This document shows, piece by piece, positions 17,215-25,811 of a stretch of DNA of 42,921 bases (position 1 is the first letter of the stretch; each line of letters begins with the position of its first letter). The position numbers were made by a program, and so were the translations under genes. The notes under the pieces were generated by a model. The model did not search any database and was not told the DNA's origin. It was given only the letters and a program-made list of their open reading frames with translations. The stretch comes from Candidatus Omnitrophota bacterium (GTDB lineage Bacteria > Omnitrophota > Omnitrophia > Omnitrophales > Aquincolibacteriaceae), in NCBI GenBank assembly GCA_043803685.1, contig JAZDJU010000129.1, positions 1 through 42,921 on the forward strand, in the 5' to 3' direction.

Positions 17215-17757
17215 TCAGCTCTTTAAATTAAGACACTTTTGAATTACTTTTTTTGTTTCAAGCAACAAATAGCCAGTAAGAAAAATTACAACTATGCAAA
17301 CAATTAAATCGAAACCTCCCTTTATTGGTTTTGTAAATGGAATCGCGGCAATAGACACTAAAAATAGACTCGCCCAAAGTTTTAATGGATAAGAAATCAA
17401 ATTCGACAATGCATCCGGAAACCTTTCAGCATCATCAATTTCACTCATATGCCGATTTGCTTCACCCATCAAATCCAAACTGTAGATGTCGACCTTATCG
17501 CTTATTCTACGAAGTTCCTTTTTCACCCCTTCATGACATTCTGAATCAACCGCTTCTATTTGTATTTGCAGTAAAGACCGCGCATCCTTTTTTGAGCGCA
17601 ACCACTCAGCCGCTTCTCGATGCTTCTGAATTACAATGGATGAGTTTGTTTGCAATCTAAAAATCGCAAATACACCGATTAATGCCGCAAAAGCAACCGC
17701 ACACTGCGCAAGCGTACTAAAGAAATAAAGGAGCTGTGTGGAATCCACGTCAAACAT
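17215..17757 (-). CDS. Hypothetical membrane protein, AT-rich
   Basis: ATG 17757 after GAGGAGG; YFFSTLAQCAVAFAALIGVFAIFRLQ TM plus two C-terminal TMs; visibly more AT-rich than neighbours. Confidence 0.65.
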   Translation of the reverse strand: MFDVDSTQLLYFFSTLAQCAVAFAALIGVFAIFRLQTNSSIVIQKHREAAEWLRSKKDARSLLQIQIEAVDSECHEGVKKELRRISDKVDIYSLDLMGEANRHMSEIDDAERFPDALSNLISYPLKLWASLFLVSIAAIPFTKPIKGGFDLIVCIVVIFLTGYLLLETKKVIQKCLNLKS

Positions 17758-18020
17758 TTTCTCTCCCTCCTCTGCATCAAGCAGATATCTTATCAAATGG
17801 TACTGAGCCCACCCCATTTTTACTACCGGCATGAATTAGAGTTTTCCGGGGTTGCAGTTAACAGTTTTGCTTTCTGATTTAACGGTTAACGTTAACGCGT
17901 TAACGGGACGCCGTCCGCGGGGAGACGTTGATTTTCATTATCGTAAGGACGTTAACCTCTCTCCATTTAATAGATAGAGTCTCTGCTCCTGAGGGAAAAG
18001 TTTCAAGAAATTTTTCAGGT

Positions 18021-18332
18021 TCAAAACTTCTTGGAGAGGGTGAGGAAATAAACCGCGGTTCCGAGATCGAGGATGAGCCAAATGAGCGGCGTCAGAGGGG
18101 CCGGGACGAAGGGATTGAAGAGCAGGGCCAGGACCGCGAGGGGCCAAAAGTTCCGTCTCAGACGCGGGTCGTCCCTGAAATTCAGGGCCCCGTAGACCGC
18201 GGCACCGCAAACAGCCCATTTGAGCAGGACGTAAAAAACGTAAGGCATGCCCGGAAAGACCGCGAGACAGAGCATAAGTCCCGCCACCAGTAACGCGACC
18301 TTCAATTTTTTCGCGTGCGTTTGAAGGTCCAC
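18021..18332 (-). CDS. Small membrane protein, DUF6804-like
   Basis: GTG start after AGGAG; MPYVFYVLLKWAVC...LALLFNPFVP...WLILD pattern. Confidence 0.75.
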   Translation of the reverse strand: MDLQTHAKKLKVALLVAGLMLCLAVFPGMPYVFYVLLKWAVCGAAVYGALNFRDDPRLRRNFWPLAVLALLFNPFVPAPLTPLIWLILDLGTAVYFLTLSKKF

Positions 18333-18390
18333 CGTTCACTCTCCTGTCTGGCGCTTGCATTCCGTTGACCGGACGCACGAGCGGTTTGGG

Positions 18391-20280
18391 TCACTTCTTC
18401 TGGGGATGGAGTTCTTTGAGAATTGCGGCGGCGATCTTTTCGGGGGAAAGGCCGAACTCGTCGAGCTGAGCTTCGCGGGAGCCGTGTTCGATGAATTCGT
18501 CCGGAAGGGCGAAGCGTTTGAGCGGAACGTTGCGGACATTCTTTTCTTCCAGGAATTCCAGGACCCGGGACCCAAAGCCGCCGGTACCGACGTGTTCTTC
18601 CAGAGTAAAAAGGAACTTCGTCTTTTTGATGGAATCCAGGATCAACTGTTCATCAAGAGGCCGGGCAAAACGCATGTTCACGATCCGGGCCGAGATGCCT
18701 TCTTTCTTGAGGAGCGCGTGCGCCTTGCAGGCAGTCTCCACCATATTGCCAAGCGCGAGAAGCGTGACATCCTCACCGTCAAAGAGCAACTCCCCTTCGC
18801 CTACTTCAAAGCTCTTCTTGGGGAAGGCATCGAACATCTTGGGAATATTCGCCCGCGGATAACGGATCGCGAAGACCGAAGTGTGGTCTAACGCGAGCTC
18901 CATCATTTTTTCCATTTCATATTCGTCGACAGGCGATGCCAACACGATCCCCGGCACGGACCCGAGATAGGCGATATCGAAGATCCCCTGATGCGTGGCC
19001 CCGTCGGCGCCGACAAGGCCCGCGCGGTCAATTCCGATCACAATGCTTTGGCGCTGGAGCGCGACGTCATGCATGATGGAATCGTGGGCGCGTTGCAAAA
19101 AAGACGAATAGATCGCGACCACGGGCCTCAGTCCCCCCCGCGCGAGGGCCCCCGCGAAAGTCACGGCGTTCTGTTCCGCGATCCCGACGTCGAAGAAACG
19201 CTCCGGGAATTCTTTCTGGAATTGAGACAAGCCCGTCCCGGACGGCATGGCCGCGGTGATCGCGACCACTTTGGGATTGCGGCGCGCCTGTTTGGAAAGA
19301 GCGTCCGCAAAGGCCTGGGTATACGATACACCTGCGGCGTCAGTCTTCGAAGTGGCGACCTCAATCTTTTCTCCAGTCTTCACGTTAAAAGGACCGACCC
19401 CGTGCCCTTTCTCCTCATCCTTTTCGGCGAAGGCGCAGCCCTTCCCTTTTTTGGTAAGAATATGAAGAAAACTGCAGGAATTGAGGGCGAGCACATCTCG
19501 CAAGGTCTTCACGAGCCCCAGGACATCATGTCCATCCACGGGTCCGAAATACCGGAAACCCAGCTCCTCGAAAATGATCCCGGGCACGAAAAGATGTTTC
19601 ATGCCTTCCAGGGAAGCGTTCGAGAATTTTTTGAGACGGGGAAAACGGCCAAGCTGTTTGTCGACCTCCCCGCGAATGCGGTTGTAGAGGGGATTCGTAA
19701 TGACCCGGTTGAGGTAACGGCTCATCCCTCCCACGTTCTTCGCGATGGACATCTCGTTGTCGTTCAGGACGATCAGCATGTTCTTCTTGAGATGTCCGGC
19801 GGTATTCAGGGCCTCGAAGGAAAGTCCCGCGGTCATGGCACCGTCACCGACCACGGCCACGACCTTTTCATTTCCTTTTTTGATATCCCTCGCGGCGGCA
19901 AGCCCCAAGGCCTGCGAGATCGCCGTGCCGGCATGGCCCACGATAAAAGGGTCGTGAGGATTTTCCCAAGGGGCAGGAAAACCGCTCAACCCGCCGGGCT
20001 GACGCAGAGTATTCATCCGGTCCTTGCGGCCCGTGATCATCTTATGAACATAGGCCTGATGCCCGACATCCCAGCAGATCTTGTCTTCGGGAGAATTCAG
20101 AACATAGTGGAGAGCGATCGAAAGCTCCAGCACCCCGAGGCTCGCGCCCAGGTGGCCGCCGGTCTTGGCTACCGACTCGATCAGAAAATGACGGTACTCT
20201 TCAGCCACCTCCGGAAGTTTTTCCAGGGGCACCTGCTTCAGGTCCTGCGGGCACTTGATTTTATCGATCCAGTTCGTCAT
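18391..20280 (-). CDS. dxs: 1-deoxy-D-xylulose-5-phosphate synthase
   Basis: GGHLGASLG, WDVGHQAYVHK, GDGAMTAG, LNDNEMSI, DVGIAEQ, YSSFLQRA, DRAGLVGADGATHQG. Confidence 0.97.
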   Translation of the reverse strand: MTNWIDKIKCPQDLKQVPLEKLPEVAEEYRHFLIESVAKTGGHLGASLGVLELSIALHYVLNSPEDKICWDVGHQAYVHKMITGRKDRMNTLRQPGGLSGFPAPWENPHDPFIVGHAGTAISQALGLAAARDIKKGNEKVVAVVGDGAMTAGLSFEALNTAGHLKKNMLIVLNDNEMSIAKNVGGMSRYLNRVITNPLYNRIRGEVDKQLGRFPRLKKFSNASLEGMKHLFVPGIIFEELGFRYFGPVDGHDVLGLVKTLRDVLALNSCSFLHILTKKGKGCAFAEKDEEKGHGVGPFNVKTGEKIEVATSKTDAAGVSYTQAFADALSKQARRNPKVVAITAAMPSGTGLSQFQKEFPERFFDVGIAEQNAVTFAGALARGGLRPVVAIYSSFLQRAHDSIMHDVALQRQSIVIGIDRAGLVGADGATHQGIFDIAYLGSVPGIVLASPVDEYEMEKMMELALDHTSVFAIRYPRANIPKMFDAFPKKSFEVGEGELLFDGEDVTLLALGNMVETACKAHALLKKEGISARIVNMRFARPLDEQLILDSIKKTKFLFTLEEHVGTGGFGSRVLEFLEEKNVRNVPLKRFALPDEFIEHGSREAQLDEFGLSPEKIAAAILKELHPQKK

Positions 20281-20301
20281 AAGTCGAGAAAATGATCTTT
20301 T

Positions 20302-21135
20302 TTAAGATTGATGGGGTATACGTGATCCAAGAAAATCCGCTAAGAAAACGAGCGGGGCCGCTTTGCGACCTAATTTCGCCGCTTCCCTTTTGGCCTGCGC
20401 GATAAGACTGACCGCTTTCGCCGTAGCTGTTTTAACGCTCATGACTTTGCAATATCCGTCCCCGTCCAGAATATCATCTACGACCTGGAACGCAAGTCCT
20501 AAGCATTCCCCGTAACGGGTCACGGCTTCGAGTTTGCGCGTCCCGGCGCCCGCGGCAATAGCCCCGGCGACCGCGCTAACGCGAATAAGCGCGCCCGTCT
20601 TGAGACGACTGATGAAATCGTGCTCCGCCAGCGTCTTTTTCCGAGCAGGAGCTTCGAGGTCCGCGACCTGTCCGCCGATCATCCCCCGTGTTCCCGCGGC
20701 CCTGGATATTTCGCGCAGGACATGGATTGCCCGCTGCGCCGGACTGATCTCCGAGATCCACTCGAACGCCAGGGTCAGGAGCGCGTCTCCCGCGAGGATC
20801 GCGTTCGCCTCGCCGAATTTCTTGTGACACGTGGGTTTCCCGCGACGCATATCATCGTTATCCAAAGCCGGAAGATCGTCATGAATAAGCGAATAAGTGT
20901 GGATCGCTTCGATGGCCAGCGCCGCAGGGATCGCATCCTGGGGTTTTCCGCCACACGCCTCGCACGCGCTGAGCGTGAGCACAGGCCGGAACCTTTTTCC
21001 GCCCGTGAAGATCGCGTACTGCATGGCCTTGTGGATACTGACCGGTCGAGCTTCATGCGCGAGCAACAGACCTTTTAGGCTTTTTTCAATGAGTCCCAGA
21101 TGCCGCTTGAAATATTGTTCGTAGGTCATAAGCAT
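20302..21135 (-). CDS. ispA: Polyprenyl (farnesyl/geranylgeranyl) diphosphate synthase
   Basis: GGKRFRP, HTYSLIHDDLPALDNDDMRRGKPTCHK, GDALL, GLAFQVVDDILD; start revised to ATG 21135 (or 21129). Confidence 0.92.
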   Translation of the reverse strand: MLMTYEQYFKRHLGLIEKSLKGLLLAHEARPVSIHKAMQYAIFTGGKRFRPVLTLSACEACGGKPQDAIPAALAIEAIHTYSLIHDDLPALDNDDMRRGKPTCHKKFGEANAILAGDALLTLAFEWISEISPAQRAIHVLREISRAAGTRGMIGGQVADLEAPARKKTLAEHDFISRLKTGALIRVSAVAGAIAAGAGTRKLEAVTRYGECLGLAFQVVDDILDGDGYCKVMSVKTATAKAVSLIAQAKREAAKLGRKAAPLVFLADFLGSRIPHQS

Positions 21136-21139
21136 CTGG

Positions 21140-21415
21140 CTAGGCCTCTTCGTCGGAAGCTTTTTTCTTTTTCGTTCTTGGAGCCGTAGCGTCAGGATCA
21201 AAAGCCTCTTTTTTGAGGGACCCGTCCAGACTTTTGGTCAGGACCTCGATCTTCTTTTCCGTTTCGGTGAGTTTAGACTGGCAGGCCCGCACCAACCCAA
21301 CGCCCTCTTCGTATTTCTTGAGCGCCTGGTCGAGCGTCAACTCCCCGCTTTCCATCGCTTCCACGATCTTTTCAAGGTCTTCCAGCGCTTTTTCAAATTG
21401 GAATTTTTCGTTCAT
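21140..21415 (-). CDS. xseB: Exodeoxyribonuclease VII small subunit
   Basis: FEKALEDLEKIVEAMESGELTLDQALKKYEEGVGL; xseA-xseB-ispA-dxs synteny. Confidence 0.95.
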   Translation of the reverse strand: MNEKFQFEKALEDLEKIVEAMESGELTLDQALKKYEEGVGLVRACQSKLTETEKKIEVLTKSLDGSLKKEAFDPDATAPRTKKKKASDEEA

Positions 21416-21426
21416 AGGATATTTCC

Positions 21427-22647
21427 TTATGGGTTTATGTCGGTAATTTTTGAAACCAAAGAACCTTTATGAAGCCGTGTTCGCACCACATCTCCTACCG
21501 AAAGCCGCCGGACATCCTTCACGATCTCGCCCTGTTCATTAAAGCTTACGGAATAACCCCGTTCGAGGATCGCGAGAGGATTCAGCGCGTTCAACCGGCC
21601 CATGATACCCTGAAAGGCCTGCTTTTTGGAACTCACAAAACTTTCAAGGCGAAGTGTCATCCGACGTCCCAGGTCATCCACTTGTCCGGTAAACTGGTCC
21701 AAAAGGAATTGCGGCTGACGAAAGGCCGCGCTCGAGGCCAGGTCCGAAAGCCTCTCCCGGCCTTCTTCGAACATACCGTTTATCGAAAGACCGAGTCTTT
21801 CCTTGTGTCCGCGCAGACGTTCTTCAAGCTCAAGACGGCTTGAGACCACAAGTTCCGCAGCCGCAGAGGGCGTGGGCGCCCGAAGGTCCGCCACAAGATC
21901 ACAGATCGTCCAGTCGCTTTCGTGCCCTACTGCGGAGATCACGGGGATCCGCGAATTAAAAACCGCACGAGCCACAGGCTCCTCGTTAAAAGCCCAAAGG
22001 TCCTCGATGCTTCCGCCGCCGCGCCCCACGATCAGAACCTCGGCCTCCGAATGTTCGTTCATCGTCTCAATGGCCGCAGCAATCTCCCCCGCCGAGCCTT
22101 CTCCCTGCACCTTGACCGGGTAAAGCTGAATGTGCGTCCCGCAGAACCGCCGGTTCACCACGTTCAAGATATCCTGGATCGCGGCCCCTGTGGGTGAAGT
22201 GATCACGCCTACGGTCTTCGGAAATCTCGGGATGGGCCGTTTCCTCTCCTCAGCGAACAATCCTTCCTTGGCCAGCTTCTCTTTCAATTGCTGGAATGCC
22301 AACTGGAGCGCCCCAACGCCCTGAGGCTCGATGCGTTCGATATAAAGCTGGTACTGGCCGCGCGCCTCGTAGATCGAGACGCGGCAGAACGCGAGGACCT
22401 TGAGTCCGTCCTTGAGCTCAAACCGAAGTCCGCGCTGGTACTGGCTGAAAAAAGCCGCTGAGATCTGCGCCGACGCGTCCTTGAGCGTCAGGTAAATATG
22501 CCCGGAACTATGGTGTTTGAAGTTCGAGATCTCCCCTTCCACCCAGACCGATGGGAGTTTGGATTCCAGAAGCAACCGGCTTTGCCGGTTGAGCTGGCTG
22601 ACGGTGTAAATTTTTCTTTCTTTATCATTAGAATCAAGATCACGCAT
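21427..22647 (-). CDS. xseA: Exodeoxyribonuclease VII large subunit
   Basis: YTVSQLN, VWVEGEISNF..HSSGHIYLTLKD, GRGGGSIEDLWAFNEE, VGHESD, PTPSAAAE. Start revised to ATG 22647; the track's N-terminus is translated repeat. Confidence 0.95.
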   Translation of the reverse strand: MRDLDSNDKERKIYTVSQLNRQSRLLLESKLPSVWVEGEISNFKHHSSGHIYLTLKDASAQISAAFFSQYQRGLRFELKDGLKVLAFCRVSIYEARGQYQLYIERIEPQGVGALQLAFQQLKEKLAKEGLFAEERKRPIPRFPKTVGVITSPTGAAIQDILNVVNRRFCGTHIQLYPVKVQGEGSAGEIAAAIETMNEHSEAEVLIVGRGGGSIEDLWAFNEEPVARAVFNSRIPVISAVGHESDWTICDLVADLRAPTPSAAAELVVSSRLELEERLRGHKERLGLSINGMFEEGRERLSDLASSAAFRQPQFLLDQFTGQVDDLGRRMTLRLESFVSSKKQAFQGIMGRLNALNPLAILERGYSVSFNEQGEIVKDVRRLSVGDVVRTRLHKGSLVSKITDINP

Positions 22648-22673
22648 ATCCAAAACTTTCACACCTTTCCACA

Positions 22674-22734
22674 GACAGCACAACGCGCAAAGCACAACGT
22701 CAAAACTTTCTCATTGAGCGTTGTGCGTTGAACG
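22674..22734. repeat. Heptamer tandem array, CAACGCA family, inverted halves
   Basis: GACAGCA CAACGCG CAAAGCA CAACGTC AAAACTT, TCTCA, then TTGAGCG TTGTGCG TTGAACG. Confidence 0.7.
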
Positions 22735-22738
22735 AATT

Positions 22739-23281
22739 TCAGTCTGTAATGACTCGATCCACTTTCACATCGCGCTTTCCCATCGGAACTTTTTTCACGA
22801 TCTGTTCCCGGAAGCACACGCCGATCTTGACGACCTTTTTGGCTTTCTTGAGAAGCCGGTCGTAGTACCCTCCCCCACGCCCGAGGCGCCCGCCACGCCT
22901 GTCAAAGGCCACGCCCGGAACGATAATGATGTCCATGTGACCGGCCGTCCGCTCCTCGCAAAAAGCCCTGGGCTCACGAATATTGTAAGCGCCCCTTTTC
23001 AGATCTTTGGAAAGTGAACGTACGAAGCACAAGGACAAACGCTTTCGCGGCTCAACCCGTGGTAGATAAATTTTTTTGTCTCTCAGGACCTTTTTTAAAA
23101 AGAGTTTCGTCTCGACTTCCGGCGCGATCCCGTAATAAAGAGCAACATGCTCCGCCTTCCGAAAACCAGGGACCTTGGCCAATGCGCGAAAAATACGGCG
23201 GCTTTTGTCATGTCTCAGAGGGGTCGGAATATTTTTTCTTTTATCGAGGAGTATCTTCCTGAGGGAATTCTTTTCCAGCAT
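22739..23281 (-). CDS. ygfA: 5-formyltetrahydrofolate cyclo-ligase
   Basis: KNSLRK, IYLPRV, IREP, IIVPGVAFDRRGGRLGRGGGYYDRLL, DVKVDRVIT. Confidence 0.93.
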   Translation of the reverse strand: MLEKNSLRKILLDKRKNIPTPLRHDKSRRIFRALAKVPGFRKAEHVALYYGIAPEVETKLFLKKVLRDKKIYLPRVEPRKRLSLCFVRSLSKDLKRGAYNIREPRAFCEERTAGHMDIIIVPGVAFDRRGGRLGRGGGYYDRLLKKAKKVVKIGVCFREQIVKKVPMGKRDVKVDRVITD

Positions 23282-23293
23282 AGGACAGGCGGC

Positions 23294-23731
23294 CTAGCGA
23301 ACGGCCTTCAGTTTTTCCTGTTCGAAACGGTCTCTCTCTATCTGAAGCTGGCGGGTCTTTTCGTCAAGCGCAACTTGAAGCTGGCGAAGGTTTTCTTTCT
23401 GGCTGTTCATTTCCGCGGCGATTTTCTGACGCTCGGCCTCCAGAGCCGCCTTTTGGGCTTCTGACAAGGAACTCCCGCCCGGGCTCTTCATTTTGGAAAA
23501 GATCTCTTCCTTGAGTTTTTCGAGCTGGTCCTGTTTTTCGCGGATCATCTGGACCTGCTCGTCACGGACCGCTTCCCACTCGGATTTCAGCGTGGCAAGC
23601 TGGGCTTCGGAAAGCGGCTTTGCGGACTTTTGAGAAGTCTCTTCCACCCCCTGAACCGTGCCCACCCCTGTGAAGATCAAAACCAGGATCGCCACCGCCC
23701 ATCCGAAAGAGATTCTCATAGGCTGTCTCAT
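23294..23731 (-). CDS. Hypothetical secreted coiled-coil protein
   Basis: Signal peptide/TM followed by E/K/Q-rich heptad helices. Confidence 0.7.
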   Translation of the reverse strand: MRQPMRISFGWAVAILVLIFTGVGTVQGVEETSQKSAKPLSEAQLATLKSEWEAVRDEQVQMIREKQDQLEKLKEEIFSKMKSPGGSSLSEAQKAALEAERQKIAAEMNSQKENLRQLQVALDEKTRQLQIERDRFEQEKLKAVR

Positions 23732-23778
23732 TTTGATATTTTCCTCACGCGTCGCGCTGGAACTGTATGGAAAATCAA

Positions 23779-23852
23779 TGCCCCCAGCATGAATCGAACA
23801 TGCAACCCTCTCCTTAGGAAGGAGATGCTCTATCCAATTGAGCTATGGGGGC
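23779..23852 (-). tRNA. tRNA-Arg (anticodon CCT)
   Basis: Minus strand GCCCCCATAGCTCAATTGGATAGAGCA TCTCC-TTCCTAA-GGAGA GGGTT GCATG-TTCGATT-CATGC TGGGGGC A; CCA not encoded. Confidence 0.95.
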
Positions 23853-23856
23853 GTTT

Positions 23857-23934
23857 TAGACCATAGACCACAGACTATAGACCAAAGTCTTAAAATATTC
23901 CTGCTACGGTCTTCGGTCTCTAGTCTATTGTCTT
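23857..23934. repeat. Heptamer tandem array, TAGACCA family, inverted halves
   Basis: TAGACCA TAGACCA CAGACTA TAGACCA AAGTCTT, 15 nt, then CGGTCTT CGGTCTC TAGTCTA TTGTCTT. Confidence 0.85.
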
Positions 23935-23937
23935 GCT

Positions 23938-24459
23938 TTAATACTGGATCAGCGAGAAGACGTCGTGTTTCTTCAGATTCTCCCGGCCCTTCAAAAAACC
24001 CAACTCGATCACAAACGCGATCTTCGCCACTTTGCCGCCGATCGATTCCACAAGCTTCGCGGCCGCAGCGGCCGTCCCGCCAGTTGCCAAAAGATCGTCC
24101 ACGATCACCACTTTTTCTCCGCGCTTGACCGCATCCTGATGGATCTCGAGGATCTCTTCGCCATACTCCAGCGTGCAAGCAATGCGCTTGGTCTTCCAGG
24201 GAAGTTTCCCTTTCTTGCGGATGGGAACAAAACCTACCCCAAGCTTGGTCGCAAGGGCCGTCCCGAAAATGAAACCGCGGGACTCGATCCCCACCACCGC
24301 GGCGACTTTTTTCCCTTTGAGGGACTTCGCCAGCCGGGCGATAACCTCGCGAAGCGACTTCGAGTCCTTCAAAAGGGGCGTGATATCCCGGAAAAGGATA
24401 CCTTTCTTGGGAAAATCGGGAATATTGCGAACCTTGGCTTTAAGGGCTTTCAGATCCAT
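23938..24459 (-). CDS. apt: Adenine phosphoribosyltransferase
   Basis: IPDFPKKGILFRDITPLL, GIESRGF, RKKGKLP, LEYG, VDDLLATGGT. Confidence 0.97.
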   Translation of the reverse strand: MDLKALKAKVRNIPDFPKKGILFRDITPLLKDSKSLREVIARLAKSLKGKKVAAVVGIESRGFIFGTALATKLGVGFVPIRKKGKLPWKTKRIACTLEYGEEILEIHQDAVKRGEKVVIVDDLLATGGTAAAAAKLVESIGGKVAKIAFVIELGFLKGRENLKKHDVFSLIQY

Positions 24460-24487
24460 GGGAACTCCTTTTCAGACGTTTGAAAAT

Positions 24488-25631
24488 TTAATGCGGAAGA
24501 TAATTCTCGAACTGGTCGCCTTCCAGGGTGAGCTGGGCACGGACTTTTTTCAAGACAACGCACTCGATCTGGCGAATACGTTCCCTCGTGACTTTGAAAT
24601 GGTCCGCGACTTCCGCCAGCGTGTGCGGATCGTGATGGACCAACCCGAAGCGCCGCTCCAGGACTTCGCGTTCCCGATCATCCAGAACGCCCAGCAATTT
24701 TCGAACCCGTTCACTTTTGAGCATTTCCCCGACGAGCGCGTCCGGATTGCGTCCTTTGTCATCTTCGAGAACGTCGATCAGTTCCGCTTTACCGTCAAGG
24801 CTAAGCGGCGTATTGAGCGAACTCGGACGGTTCACAATGCTTTCGATCTTTTTCACTTTCGAGGTCGGGATCTCGAGCACCTTCGCGATCTCACGCCTTG
24901 TCGGCATGCGGCTGAGACGCTGCATCAACGCATCCCGCACCCGGCGCCACTTGGAAATAATGTCATACATATAGACCGGAATGCGGATCGTTTTTCCGTG
25001 GTTGGAAAGAGAACGCATCATGCCTTGTTTGATCCACCAGGAGGCATAAGTCGAAAAACGATAACCTCTGCTGGGATCAAATTTTTCCACCGCCCGCATC
25101 AGACCGATATTCCCTTCCTCGACAAGATCCGAGAACGGCAACCCCATATGGGCATAACGTTTCGCAAGAGAGATCACCAAACGGAGATTGGAACGGATCA
25201 TCTGCTGGCGCGCGTCTTCGCTCTTAAGCCCCCCGGCCTGCACTTTTTTTCCAAGGGAGATCTCTTCCTCAGCCTTCAACAGCGGGATATGTTCGATCTG
25301 ATCAAGATAGATCCTCATGGAGGTGCGGTCGAGGGTTTGATCCGCCTCGTCATCAGCGTGCGCATCCGGCTCTTCATCCTCACGCTCGCGTTTGCGGCGA
25401 TCGAGCAACCCATCCACCTTGAGGATGCTTTCCGCCTCTTTCTGGAGTTCTTTTTCGCGAAGCAGAAGAGCTTCCGTCTCTTCAGGAGTGACTTGAACTT
25501 TGGGAAGAGATTGTTTTTGGGACTTCGAGGATTTAGGAACCTTGGGAATGAAATGGGAACGCTTGGAATGTCGCCCGCCAGCGGGGCGGCTTTTCTTCTT
25601 TTCGTCTTTCTTCTTTTTTTTTACCTACCAT
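24488..25631 (-). CDS. RNA polymerase sigma-70 factor, RpoD/RpoS family (group 2-like); +1 frameshift in an A9 tract after codon 3
   Basis: Regions 1.2 (SMRIYLDQIEHIPLL), 2 (NLRLVISLAKRY, DLVEEGNIGLMRAVEKFD, FSTYASWWIKQ) and 4 (TLAEVA...VTRERIRQIE). Main frame is open from 25624; ATG 25631 joins it if one base is removed from the run at 25614-25622. The ORF track starts at GTG 25417. Confidence 0.9.
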
Positions 25632-25695
25632 AGGATCCAGTTTCCTTCGCCCCGATCAACCACGGAGCTCAGGATCATTCCAAGTATCGTTGTGA

Positions 25696-25789
25696 ATGCG
25701 ACATAACAGGTCTACGGAACCGCGTCTGCTCGCGCCTCAAAAGAGGTTGAACCGACGCGGCCCCGAAAACCTATTATGTCAATGGCATC
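25696..25789. other. Long rod-like hairpin (candidate structured RNA) between ppdK and the sigma gene
   Basis: Nested stems GACATAACAGG/CCTATTATGTC, CGG/CCG, CCGCGTC/GACGCGG, apical CCTC-AAAA-GAGG. Confidence 0.5.
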
Positions 25790-25811
25790 GCGATGTCTAA
25801 AGAACGCTCGC

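Noticed and set aside
17833..18390. Integron attC sites around the small accessory genes
   Set aside because: GTT/AAC motifs are present, but no convincing RYYYAAC...GTTRRRY pair with L boxes and no integrase.
23282..23778. 6S RNA upstream of ygfA (common synteny)
   Set aside because: The space is taken by a coding gene with only 12 nt before ygfA; no suitable long hairpin seen.
15676..23934. Short repeat arrays as CRISPR
   Set aside because: Units are 7 nt and contiguous, with no 25-40-nt repeats, unique spacers or cas genes.
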